DNA from: Nitrospinales bacterium
Lineage (GTDB): Bacteria > Nitrospinota > Nitrospinia > Nitrospinales > VA-1
NCBI GenBank assembly: GCA_965223795.1
Contig: CBDCXL010000002.1
Span: 1,120,001 to 1,184,000, forward strand
Length of the DNA stretch: 64,000 nucleotides
Direction of reading: 5' to 3'
A program made the position numbers and the translations under genes. This document shows positions 9,732 to 18,949 of this stretch, piece by piece. The notes under the pieces were generated by a model. That model searched no databases. It was given only the letters and a program-made list of their open reading frames with translations, and was not told where the DNA came from. How positions within the stretch are numbered: position 1 is the stretch's first letter; the number at the start of each line of letters is the position of its first letter.

Positions 9732-12449
9732 ATGAGTGACTTGTTACAATCCAATCGAACGATCGCCGATTCGTACCGGAACGCGATTGCGAAAACGCTG
9801 TCCCGCGATATCGACCCCTCCGCTCTTTTGACGGCGTCCGGTTCCGACCCACAGAAATTTTATCTGGAATTCAAAAATCATATCAGCGCGATCGTGCAGC
9901 AGGAAACCGAAGCCCTGAAATCGGAAATCCTGCAATCGGACGACTGCCATCTTTTGCTGCTCAAGCGCACGGCGCTGGTGGACGAGATCGTCAAGAAGGC
10001 GTTTCAAACCGCGGTCTGGTATTACAACCACCAGCACGGCACCGCATACCAGGCCTCGGAAGTTCCGATCGCGATCGTGGCGCGGGGCGGTTACGGACGC
10101 GAAGAGATGTTTCTGCGTTCGGATGTGGACATCCACATCGTCATCAACATCACCAAGCAACAGCCGGAAACCGAAGCCATCCCGGACATCAGCAAGTATT
10201 TCGAATATCTGTTCATCTTTCAGGACATCTTCCCGACCGCGAGTCATTCCTGCCTGTTCGAGCTGAGCGGTCTGGAAGAGAATTATCATCCTGACAAGAT
10301 GCACGATTTTTTCGCGCTGCTGGAACACCGCTTCGTCGCGGGCTGCTCCCTGATCTACACCGAATTCAAAAGCGAACTTAAAACCGCAAGCCTTCTGCAC
10401 CAGAAGGACATCCTGAAATACTGCCTGCAGCACAAAACCTATTACGACGTGCAGAACACGGTGTTCCAGCAGGAGCCCAACGTCAAGGAGGAGTTGAGGC
10501 GGCTGTACTGGGCGCTGGCGCTGGTGCGCATACGGCAGAATTTGGAAGCGACCAATCAGTTCGAGCTGCTTGAGGAACTGTACAGGAACAAGACGCTGAA
10601 CAAGACCACCTACCGGAAAATGAATTACGCCTTCCACTTTCTGGCGAAGGTGCGTTTGATTCTGCACGCGCACCAGCCGGGCGCGCACCGGGACGTGATG
10701 AGCTATGAAGTGCGCGAGAAGATCGCCGAGTCGATGGGCTTCGATCTGATCGCGTTTTACAACGAGTATTTCTACAAGGCGGGACTGCCGCTCAAACGCT
10801 ACAGCCGCAATCTGTTTCTGGAAAGCATCGCGTTTGACACCGAGATGCACAAAACGCTTTCCGAGCACTTCGCCATCAACAACGAAAATCAGATCATCTT
10901 CATCGGCAACTCCGAAGCCGCGGCCGCCGCGCCGCTGCACCTGATGCTGGAGGTGTTCGCCTGGGTTTCCGAACACGATTACCTGATTTCCTACCCGGTC
11001 ATGCGGTTTCTGGAAGACCGGCTGATCCAGGCGGGACCGCTCGCGTTCAATGAAAAGGAAACGCAGGCGGTGCGCGGCTATTTCAAGCGCATCATGGAGG
11101 GACGGTATTTTTCCAAAGCGATCCGTCTGCTGCACGAATTCGGCCTGCTCAGCAATTATTTCGTGCCCGACTTTAAAAACATCTGCGGTCTGCTGCAAGA
11201 CATCTACGTGCACAAGTTCCCCACGGACATGCACATCCTTTCGGCGCTGGACGCATTGAACCTGCTCGACACGGACAAAAACGCCGACAAATTCCTGGTG
11301 GATCTGTACCGTTCGCTGAAAGACAAAACCGCGCTCAGGCTTGCGGTGCTGCTGCACGACATCGGCAAGGGAGCGAAGGACAAGTCGGTGAACGAAGAGA
11401 TGATGGGCGCCCGCATGATTCCGGGAATCCTCGCCCACCTGGGCTATGGCGACAAGAAAAAACGGGTGGACAACCTGGCGTTTCTGGTGGAAAAGCACCT
11501 GACCATGTACGATCTGATGCTGCTCGACCCGGAAGCGGACGACACTTACGAGATGGTGTGGGACCTGGTGGAGCACGACCGGGAGCGGCTCAAGATGCTG
11601 GTGCTGATCACTTATGCCGACCGCGCGGGCACCAAGATGAAGATGTCGCCTTCCCAGATCGAGCAGTTGAAAATGTTCTACCAGTACACGCTGCACCACA
11701 AAAAGCACGAGGAGGTGCCCAAGTCGGTCAAGCTGGAGTTTCTGCAGATGGTGCGCCTGCCCAAGGATCTTCAATCGCAGCTGGAAACCTACTACAGTTT
11801 TTCCCGCTCGAGGGAAAAACTGGCGGTGGAGTTTCTGTTCAAACCGGATCAGGCTTCGGAGCTTGTGGTCTGCACGCGCGATCAGAGAGGGCTCTTGTTC
11901 CATGTTTCCACGGTGCTGGCGTTCAACCGGCTCAACATCGTGGAAGCCAACATTCAAACGTTCAAAGACAACGCGTTCGACGTTTTCAAGGTGGTGTCGC
12001 ACGACAACGATCGCATCGACTATTCCAATTTCTTTTTCATCCAAAAGCAGGTGAAAGAGGATTTGAAGCGGATCCTGGTGGACGGGGATTCCTTTTCGTC
12101 GATCTTCAAAGGGCGCACACTCTCCAATGAGCGGGAAAAGAACCCTTACCGCGACGTCAAACTCAAAATCAAAATCATCGGCCGGTCGGTCACCTTGTCG
12201 ACGCACGATCTGATGGGCACGTTCATGATGGAAACGAAGGTGTTCTCGCAGCTCGGCATGGAGATCCAGCGTTCGGTCATCCACACGCAGCAGGGCACCG
12301 CTTCGAATATTTTTTATATCCGGCCGGAGGACGTGGAAAAGATCCACCAAAATCTGCCACAGTTCGAAAAAATGCTGAAGCAGGCCCTTCTGCCCCTGAT
12401 TCAATCGGACCCGCTGTTTCTGGAAGAAACCGTCGTTCCGGTTTCTTGA
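9732..12449 (+). CDS. glnD: GlnD-like PII uridylyltransferase/uridylyl-removing enzyme
   Basis: Nucleotidyltransferase motif ARGGYGREE..SDVDI, HD domain LAVLLHDIGKG, ACT-like RDQRGLL, length about 900 aa. Confidence 0.8.
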   Translation: MSDLLQSNRTIADSYRNAIAKTLSRDIDPSALLTASGSDPQKFYLEFKNHISAIVQQETEALKSEILQSDDCHLLLLKRTALVDEIVKKAFQTAVWYYNHQHGTAYQASEVPIAIVARGGYGREEMFLRSDVDIHIVINITKQQPETEAIPDISKYFEYLFIFQDIFPTASHSCLFELSGLEENYHPDKMHDFFALLEHRFVAGCSLIYTEFKSELKTASLLHQKDILKYCLQHKTYYDVQNTVFQQEPNVKEELRRLYWALALVRIRQNLEATNQFELLEELYRNKTLNKTTYRKMNYAFHFLAKVRLILHAHQPGAHRDVMSYEVREKIAESMGFDLIAFYNEYFYKAGLPLKRYSRNLFLESIAFDTEMHKTLSEHFAINNENQIIFIGNSEAAAAAPLHLMLEVFAWVSEHDYLISYPVMRFLEDRLIQAGPLAFNEKETQAVRGYFKRIMEGRYFSKAIRLLHEFGLLSNYFVPDFKNICGLLQDIYVHKFPTDMHILSALDALNLLDTDKNADKFLVDLYRSLKDKTALRLAVLLHDIGKGAKDKSVNEEMMGARMIPGILAHLGYGDKKKRVDNLAFLVEKHLTMYDLMLLDPEADDTYEMVWDLVEHDRERLKMLVLITYADRAGTKMKMSPSQIEQLKMFYQYTLHHKKHEEVPKSVKLEFLQMVRLPKDLQSQLETYYSFSRSREKLAVEFLFKPDQASELVVCTRDQRGLLFHVSTVLAFNRLNIVEANIQTFKDNAFDVFKVVSHDNDRIDYSNFFFIQKQVKEDLKRILVDGDSFSSIFKGRTLSNEREKNPYRDVKLKIKIIGRSVTLSTHDLMGTFMMETKVFSQLGMEIQRSVIHTQQGTASNIFYIRPEDVEKIHQNLPQFEKMLKQALLPLIQSDPLFLEETVVPVS

Positions 12450-12474
12450 ATGAATTAAAAAAAGAGAGACGACC

Positions 12475-13146
12475 ATGTGTTCTGAAAAATTCCGTATCCG
12501 AACGCCGCTCCGCGTGCTGTTCTTCGTCATTGTGGGTCTGATCCTGTTGCCGGCGGCGGGAGTATCGGCGGAAACCGCCCAAAGCCTGGCTGATAAAGCG
12601 CAGCAGCTCGACAAGGACGGTTTCTATCGGGAAGCCGTCACGGCCTGGGAAGAAGTCTTAAAATCGCAGCCGCCAAAGGACCTTAAAACGCTCGCCCTGC
12701 TCAAGCTGACGGGCACTTACATGAAACTCAACGAGCCCAACAAGTCGCTCGAAGTCGTCAAACAACTGATCGCCACCTCGCCGGACAATTTCGACGCCCA
12801 GTTTCACCTCGCGAACGCACAAGCCAAGATGAGAAACTTCCCGGAGGCGAGCGAGGCGTTTGCAAAAACCATCGCCCTGCGTCCGGACGAAGGCCTGGGA
12901 TATGTGGGGCTGGCGTTCGCCCTGTTCGGCGACGGCAAGCCGGACGAGGCGATCGCCAATCTTCAGAAGGCAAAAAAAATATTCAAAAAGAATAAAAACA
13001 TCCCCTGGTACCGCGACGCGCGCATCGCAATTGAGCAGATCAAGGGTTTTGCCATCTACCCGCGCAATTTCGCCGACCTCTGGCTGCACAACAATCTGGA
13101 GATGGTCCGCAATACGTATGAAAACAGGGTTTTCCTCAAAGAGTGA
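12475..13146 (+). CDS. Exported TPR-repeat protein
   Basis: Signal peptide ending VSA-E; TPR-like helices (PDNFDAQFHLANA, PDEGLGYVGLAFA). Confidence 0.8.
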   Translation: MCSEKFRIRTPLRVLFFVIVGLILLPAAGVSAETAQSLADKAQQLDKDGFYREAVTAWEEVLKSQPPKDLKTLALLKLTGTYMKLNEPNKSLEVVKQLIATSPDNFDAQFHLANAQAKMRNFPEASEAFAKTIALRPDEGLGYVGLAFALFGDGKPDEAIANLQKAKKIFKKNKNIPWYRDARIAIEQIKGFAIYPRNFADLWLHNNLEMVRNTYENRVFLKE

Positions 13147-13458
13147 GGCACGGCGCGAACGCTGGAAGGATTCCTGGCGTCTTTACCTTCCGCTACATTA
13201 AAATTTTTTAATCTTCGATTAACTGTTATTTAATTTGCGAAATTTAAAATGGTTTCATTACTTTTCTCCTCCTTTCTGCGGGGATGGATCCGGCGCCACG
13301 ACCGGACCCATCCCCATCTCCTTTCTAAATAATCCTTATTTTACAAAGCATTGTTTTTCCCTGGTCCGGCCCCGCCTGGTCCGTTTTTCCATTGAGCCTG
13401 ATATCGCAAACGGTTTTCTTCCCACCGGGTTGATTCGCGCCTTGTTCTGGAGAGCTTA

Positions 13459-14271
13459 ATGCGGCCGCGTTTTCTGATGTGCCCTCCGAATTATTTTGGA
13501 GTGAAATACACGATCAATCCCTGGATGGAAGGACGCATCGGCACGGTGGACGCAAAACTAGCCCGGGAGCAATGGGACGATTTTTATTTTTCGCTGCGGG
13601 AGGTGGCCGAGGTGCTGCGCATCGAGCCGCAGCTGATGCTGCCGGACATGGTGTTCACGGCCAACGCCGGACTGCTCAAGGGCGAGCTGTTTATCCCCAG
13701 CCGGTTCCGGCACCGGGAGCGGCAGGGGGAGGAACCGCTGTTCAAAGACTGGTTCCGCGCACAGGGTTACAAAATCGCCGAGTGGGACCCGGCCATCCCG
13801 TTCGAGGGCGCGGGGGATGCGCTGTTTCAACCGGGAAGGGATCTTTTGTGGGCGGCGCACGGCTTCCGCACCGATCCTGCGGCGCACACGCGCATCGCGA
13901 ATCAATGGAATATCGAGGTGGTGTCCCTCAGATTGGTGGACCCCCGGTTTTATCACCTGGACACCTGTTTCTGCCCGCTACTGGACGGCAAGGTGTTTTA
14001 TTACCCCAGGGCGTTCGACGCGGCCTCTCAAAAAACCATCGAAAAACGCGTGCCGGAGAAAAACCGCATCGCCATTTCCACCGAGGATGCGGTGGGGTTT
14101 GCCTGCAACGCGGTGCTTGCGGACAACAACCTGTTCATGAATGTCGCCAGCCCGAAACTGCGGGAACGGCTGGAGACGCTGGGCTACGCGGTGATCCTGA
14201 AACCGATGAGCGAGTTTCTGAAAGCGGGCGGCGCCAACAAGTGCCTGACGCTGGAATTGACCGCCTTGTGA
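13459..14271 (+). CDS. Amidinotransferase/pentein-superfamily enzyme (arginine dihydrolase- or DDAH-like)
   Basis: FLMCPP..INPWM, PDMVFTANAG, ERQGE, FEGAGD, FYHLDTCF, FACNAV, EFLKAGGANKC. Confidence 0.88.
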   Translation: MRPRFLMCPPNYFGVKYTINPWMEGRIGTVDAKLAREQWDDFYFSLREVAEVLRIEPQLMLPDMVFTANAGLLKGELFIPSRFRHRERQGEEPLFKDWFRAQGYKIAEWDPAIPFEGAGDALFQPGRDLLWAAHGFRTDPAAHTRIANQWNIEVVSLRLVDPRFYHLDTCFCPLLDGKVFYYPRAFDAASQKTIEKRVPEKNRIAISTEDAVGFACNAVLADNNLFMNVASPKLRERLETLGYAVILKPMSEFLKAGGANKCLTLELTAL

Positions 14272-14398
14272 GGGTTTCGCCTGCGCCCGTTTCGCCGGGC
14301 GTTTTTCGAAATGGGTTTGGTTTTACCGGCGATTGAGTTACAATCTAGAAGTTAAATCCAATGGTTTAAATGGTTTGTTGTTTTTGGGCCTGCCCGAC

Positions 14399-14911
14399 AT
14401 GAGATTTTCATTCCACAGCCTGGTGGGAGCCGCCGGTCTGTTTCTCTTGAGTCTGCCGCCTGCGAACACACTCGTTTCGGCGGAAGAGAGGATCGAGCTC
14501 TCTGACGGCAGCGTGATCCACGGGAAAATGCGGTCTTTCTCCGGCGGCGTGTACACGATCGACGCACGCCAGGGCGGCACGCTCCGGCTTCCCAGGGACC
14601 GGATCCAGACTTTTCAAAGGATTGAAAACGCTCAGGTTGTCTCGCAAAGCGCCGATCCCAAGCCGGTCCCAAACGCAGGCGACCCCACGCTCCACAAACT
14701 GCAGGAGCGAATGATGCAGGACCCGGAGACGGTGCGGATGATCCAGAATTTGCAAAATGACCCGCAAATGCAAAAGATCCTTCAGGACCCCGAGCTCATG
14801 CGCGCCGTGCAACAGGGCGATGTGAACCGGCTGATGCAGGATCCCAAGTTCATGGAACTGATGAACAACAAGACCGTCGGAGAAATCATCCAGAAAAACC
14901 AGGCTCCCTGA
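14399..14911 (+). CDS. Exported protein with C-terminal STI1/DP-like repeats
   Basis: Signal-peptide-like N-terminus from ATG 14399; IELSDGSVIHG small beta domain; four QDP/NDP Met/Gln-rich repeats. Confidence 0.7.
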   Translation: MRFSFHSLVGAAGLFLLSLPPANTLVSAEERIELSDGSVIHGKMRSFSGGVYTIDARQGGTLRLPRDRIQTFQRIENAQVVSQSADPKPVPNAGDPTLHKLQERMMQDPETVRMIQNLQNDPQMQKILQDPELMRAVQQGDVNRLMQDPKFMELMNNKTVGEIIQKNQAP

Positions 14912-14951
14912 CCGCCCCGTTTCAACCCACGAACCCTTTTTTAATGGAATC

Positions 14952-15536
14952 ATGAACGAACAATCGCCCAACAATCTGGTCTGGATGGACCTGGAAATGA
15001 CCGGCCTGGATCCGGAGATCGAAACGATCATTGAGATCGCCACCATCGTCACCGACGGCGACCTCAACATCCTGGAGGAGGGCCCCTGCCTGGCCATTCA
15101 CCAGAACGATGAGATTTTAAACCGCATGGACGAATGGAACACGCAGCACCACACCGCATCGGGTCTTGTCGAACGGGTGCGAAACTCGAGGATCACGCTG
15201 CAGGAAGCGGAAAAGAGCACGCTGGCGTTCATCAAGCAGTACTGCCCGGCCAACGCCACGCCCCTGTGCGGCAATTCGATCTCGCACGACCGCCGCTTCC
15301 TGGTCAAATACATGCGCAGCCTGCACGATTACCTGCACTATCGCAGCATCGACGTCACCTCGATCAAGGAGGTGGTGCGGCGCTGGTACCCCAACGGCCC
15401 GAAGTTCCCGAAAAAAAGCCAGGTGCATCTGGCCAACGTCGACGTGCGGGAATCGCTGGAAGAACTCATCTTCTACCGCAAACATTATTTTTCCAACGGC
15501 GCGCGCGAACCCGAAATTTCAACCGGCTCGAACTGA
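14952..15536 (+). CDS. orn: Oligoribonuclease
   Basis: LVWMDLEMTGLD, PLCGNSI..DRRFL, HYRSIDV. Confidence 0.96.
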   Translation: MNEQSPNNLVWMDLEMTGLDPEIETIIEIATIVTDGDLNILEEGPCLAIHQNDEILNRMDEWNTQHHTASGLVERVRNSRITLQEAEKSTLAFIKQYCPANATPLCGNSISHDRRFLVKYMRSLHDYLHYRSIDVTSIKEVVRRWYPNGPKFPKKSQVHLANVDVRESLEELIFYRKHYFSNGAREPEISTGSN

Positions 15537-15542
15537 ATCGTC

Positions 15543-15812
15543 ATGAACAAAGGCACGATACTCACGATCTCTTTTCTGCTGTTCGTCAGCTACATGTCCT
15601 TCAAGCTCATCTGGACGGGCAACAAATGGCAGTGCCATGTGTGCATTGTCTACAAGGACCGGGAAGTCTGCCAGGAGATCAAGGGCATGGAAAAAGAGGA
15701 AACGATGATGGTGGGCGTCAGCACCGCCTGCGGCGGCGCCGCCAACGGCATGACCGAATCCATCGAATGCCAGGCCAAGCCGCCGACCAAGATGGAGTGC
15801 AAGGAGCTTTGA
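15543..15812 (+). CDS. Small membrane-anchored Cys-rich hypothetical protein
   Basis: Starts 6 nt after orn. N-terminal hydrophobic segment, six Cys, typical codon usage. Confidence 0.7.
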   Translation: MNKGTILTISFLLFVSYMSFKLIWTGNKWQCHVCIVYKDREVCQEIKGMEKEETMMVGVSTACGGAANGMTESIECQAKPPTKMECKEL

Positions 15813-16009
15813 CAACGCACGCCTCGCCACGAAAGCCCGCTCCGCTTCGCACCCGCCGCTCCCTTAAGACTTAAAAGAAAAATTAGACAGGATTGCAGGA
15901 TCAAAGTCCTGGAATAAAAACACGATCCGGGGTGTCTGACACTTTTATCATTCTTCTGTTCTTGCAGTTGGCAATGAAAGCTTGCCTCAGGTCTTTGACA
16001 CTCTGCGTC

Positions 16010-16115
16010 CTTTGCGTCTTTGCGGTGATCTGATTTTTTGTTTTTGATTTACTGCAAGGTTCAATCGTTTTTCAATGATTTTTTGAAAAGCTTTTTTTAC
16101 CGCAAAGACGCAAAG
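16010..16115. repeat. 17-bp perfect inverted repeat within a longer degenerate palindrome
   Basis: CTTTGCGTCTTTGCGGT (16010-16026) is the reverse complement of ACCGCAAAGACGCAAAG (16099-16115). Confidence 0.8.
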
Positions 16116-16182
16116 AAAAGCAGAAATAAAAAACCCTCAAGCCTTGTGCTGTCATTGACCAGGCAGCGAACAGAATGATTTA

Positions 16183-16232
16183 TCACCCTGAGCCCTTCGA
16201 CAAGCTCAGGACAAGCTCTGTCGAAGGGTGAC
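16183..16232. repeat. REP-like palindromic intergenic element (copy 2)
   Basis: CCCTTCGACA/TGTCGAAGGG and CCTGAGC/GCTCAGG inverted pairs; core shared with 7039-7098. Confidence 0.65.
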
Positions 16233-16261
16233 AATTGTGTGTCATGGGGAAGAAACAGGTT

Positions 16262-16747
16262 TTAAGTTTCTTCTACAACGATGGCCTCTAGAAACTCGAT
16301 GTAGTCCGCAGGCAGTTGCCAGTGGCGGGCGCCGCGCACGAGGTGTCCTTTATAGATGGTGCTGGTGGGATAGATCTGTGTGGGATTGTGGACCTGATAC
16401 AGTTCCACTTTCAGGGTGCTGCCGTTCTTTCCGTTTTCGAACACCACGGTTTCTTTACGGTCGTACGCACCGGCTTTCACTTCTTGTTGCGGATCGTGTC
16501 CTTCGATGCGATCCAGGGTGATGAAATCGTCCGCGTGCATCCGGTACACCACACCCCACACGCTTTTCTCCTCATCGGGGAGCACGTCGGCGACGCCGCA
16601 GCGGCGGCTGGCGCTGGGGGACCAACGGGTGAAGCCGAGGCGGTGTTTTTTCAGTTCGGCCACGCACACGAACTCGGCGGACGGGCAGCGCGCCCGCATC
16701 TGCTCCCAGTCGAGGTTGGAGCCGTAGGCGAAATAAAGGCGGGGCAT
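16262..16747 (-). CDS. Gamma-glutamylcyclotransferase family protein
   Basis: YFAYGSNL, VWGVVY, LDRIEG, GARHWQLP..Y. Confidence 0.9.
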   Translation of the reverse strand: MPRLYFAYGSNLDWEQMRARCPSAEFVCVAELKKHRLGFTRWSPSASRRCGVADVLPDEEKSVWGVVYRMHADDFITLDRIEGHDPQQEVKAGAYDRKETVVFENGKNGSTLKVELYQVHNPTQIYPTSTIYKGHLVRGARHWQLPADYIEFLEAIVVEET

Positions 16748-16754
16748 GCGCGGA

Positions 16755-17468
16755 TCAGCCGGGTTCCCCGCACACGAGGTTGTAGACTTCCTGGTATTTT
16801 TCCTCGACGCTGCCGAGGTTGAAACGGAAGCGGTCCTTGTCCATCTTCTCGCCGGTGTCCCAGTTCCACAGCCGGCAGCCGTCCGGACTGATCTCGTCGC
16901 CCAGCAGCACCTCGCCCTTGTGGCGGCCGAACTCGAGCTTGAAATCGACCAGCCGGATGTGGCGCTGCTTGAAAAACTCGAACATCAGCCGGTTGACCTC
17001 CCCGCCCTTCTCTTTGAGGATCTCGATCTCTTCGTCGCTGGCCCAGCCGAAGGTGCGGCAGTGCGATTCGTTGATCATCGGATCGTGCAGCGGATCGTTC
17101 TTGAGGAAGAACTCCAGCGTCGGCGGCTCGAGGATCTTGCCTTCCTCGATGCCGAGGCGCTTGCACAGGCTGCCGGCGGCGACGTTGCGCAGCACCACTT
17201 CCACGGGAATGATGTCGAGCTTTTTCACCAGCATCTCGCGGTCGTTGAGCTGCTCGACGAAATGTGTCGCAATCCCGTTTTTCTCGAGGTACTGGAACAC
17301 TTTCGTGGACACCTGGTTGTTGATGCCGCCCTTATCGACAATGGTGCCTTTCTTGACGCCGTCGAAGGCGGTGGCGTCGTCCTTGAAATACTGGATCACC
17401 AGATCCGGGTTTTCGGTGGCGTAGATGATTTTGGCTTTGCCTTCGTAGAGCTTTTCCTGGCGCTTCAT
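16755..17468 (-). CDS. purC: SAICAR synthetase
   Basis: LYEGKAK, FKDDATAF, IPVEVVLRN, LVDFKLEFG, DEISPD, DKDRFR. GGAG RBS before ATG 17468. Confidence 0.97.
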   Translation of the reverse strand: MKRQEKLYEGKAKIIYATENPDLVIQYFKDDATAFDGVKKGTIVDKGGINNQVSTKVFQYLEKNGIATHFVEQLNDREMLVKKLDIIPVEVVLRNVAAGSLCKRLGIEEGKILEPPTLEFFLKNDPLHDPMINESHCRTFGWASDEEIEILKEKGGEVNRLMFEFFKQRHIRLVDFKLEFGRHKGEVLLGDEISPDGCRLWNWDTGEKMDKDRFRFNLGSVEEKYQEVYNLVCGEPG

Positions 17469-17485
17469 GACGTCTCCGTTTGTGT

Positions 17486-18778
17486 TCATCCGAACACGCG
17501 TTTGAAAATGGCGTTCACGTTTTTAAACTGGTTTTTAAGCTGCATCGACTGGTCGATTTCCTTTTGCGTGAGGTGCTGCTTGATCTCCTTGTCGCTTTTG
17601 AGCAGGGCGGCGAAATCCTTGCCCTCTTCCCACACCGGCATGGCGTTGCGCTGCACCAGGCGGTACGCGTCCTCGCGGGTCACGCCCTTGCGGACCAGCG
17701 CCAGCATGACGTTCTGCGAGAACACCAGCCCGCCTGTGCGTTCGAGGTTCCGCATCATGGTGTCAGGATACACCATGAGGTTGTCGATCATGCGGGTCAT
17801 GCGCCTCAGCATGTAGTGGATCAGGATGGTGCTGTCCGGCCCGATGACGCGCTCGACGGAGGAATGGCTGATGTCGCGCTCGTGCCACAGCGGCATGTTC
17901 TCCATGGCGGCGAGGGCGTTGGCGCGCACGAGGCGCGACAGGCCGGACATCTGCTCGGACACCACGGGATTGCGCTTGTGCGGCATGGCCGAGGAGCCTT
18001 TCTGCCCGGCGGAAAAAAATTCCTCGGCCTCGAGCACCTCGGTGCGCTGCAGGTGGCGGACCTCGGTGGCGATCTTGTCGAGCGTTCCCGCCAGGATGGC
18101 GAGGGTGGTGAAGTACTCGGCGTGCCGGTCGCGCTGGATGATCTGGCTGGACACGGGCGCGGGTTTCAGACCCAGCTTCTTGCAGACGTGCGCCTCGACG
18201 GCGGGATCGACGCTGGCGAAGGTGCCCATGGCGCCGGAGATCTGGCCGTAGGCGATGCGCTGCCGGGCGCGCTTCACGCGCTCGATGCTGCGCTGGACCT
18301 CCTCGTACCAGATCGCGAGCTTCAGCCCGAAGGTGATGGGCTCGCCGTGGATGCCGTGCGAGCGGCCGATCATCGGCGTGTTTTTGTGCTCGAGGGCGCG
18401 TTTTTTGATCGCGGCGGCGAAATTCGCCAGTTCCTTGAGGATCAGCGTGGCCGCGTCCTTGAGCTGGACGGCGAAGGCGGTGTCCAGCACGTCCGAGGAG
18501 GTGAGGCCCAGATGCAGAAAACGCGCGGATTCTCCAACGTTTTCGCTGACGCAGGTGAGGAAGGCGATGACGTCGTGCTTGACCTCCTTTTCGATGGCGT
18601 CGATGCGGTCGATGTCGAAGCGGGCCTTCTTCTTGATTTCCTCCACCGCCGAGGCGGGGATTTCCTTACGCTCTGCGAGCGCCTCACAGGCCAGTATTTC
18701 GATTTTCAGCCAGAGATTGAACTTGTGGTCCGGTTCCCAGATTGCGGCCATTTCCGGGAGCGTGTAGCGCTCGATCAC
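17486..18778 (-). CDS. purB: Adenylosuccinate lyase
   Basis: MIERY, HDVIAF, GRSHGIH, GSSAMPHKRNP, WHERDISHSS. Confidence 0.97.
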   Translation of the reverse strand: MIERYTLPEMAAIWEPDHKFNLWLKIEILACEALAERKEIPASAVEEIKKKARFDIDRIDAIEKEVKHDVIAFLTCVSENVGESARFLHLGLTSSDVLDTAFAVQLKDAATLILKELANFAAAIKKRALEHKNTPMIGRSHGIHGEPITFGLKLAIWYEEVQRSIERVKRARQRIAYGQISGAMGTFASVDPAVEAHVCKKLGLKPAPVSSQIIQRDRHAEYFTTLAILAGTLDKIATEVRHLQRTEVLEAEEFFSAGQKGSSAMPHKRNPVVSEQMSGLSRLVRANALAAMENMPLWHERDISHSSVERVIGPDSTILIHYMLRRMTRMIDNLMVYPDTMMRNLERTGGLVFSQNVMLALVRKGVTREDAYRLVQRNAMPVWEEGKDFAALLKSDKEIKQHLTQKEIDQSMQLKNQFKNVNAIFKRVFG

Positions 18779-18949
18779 GCTTCAAACCTCACTGGTTGGG
18801 GTTTCAAGATGGGGTTGATGGGTGCAATGCAGTTTTATACAATGCTTTTGCCGGTGACGCGCCAATCTTAAACGCAATCGCGGGTGAAATCAATCCCGGA
18901 GATGCCGTGAATCGCGGCGGGCTCCGGGGGTCGCGCAGCCGCACGCGCG

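Noticed and set aside
9744..12614. 956-aa antisense ORF over glnD, and similar long antisense ORFs (24589-26484, 27932-29689, 42597-44741, 46982-48703, 52309-54123)
   Set aside because: They lie opposite well-supported genes, have no recognisable motifs, and are expected from GC-rich codon bias.
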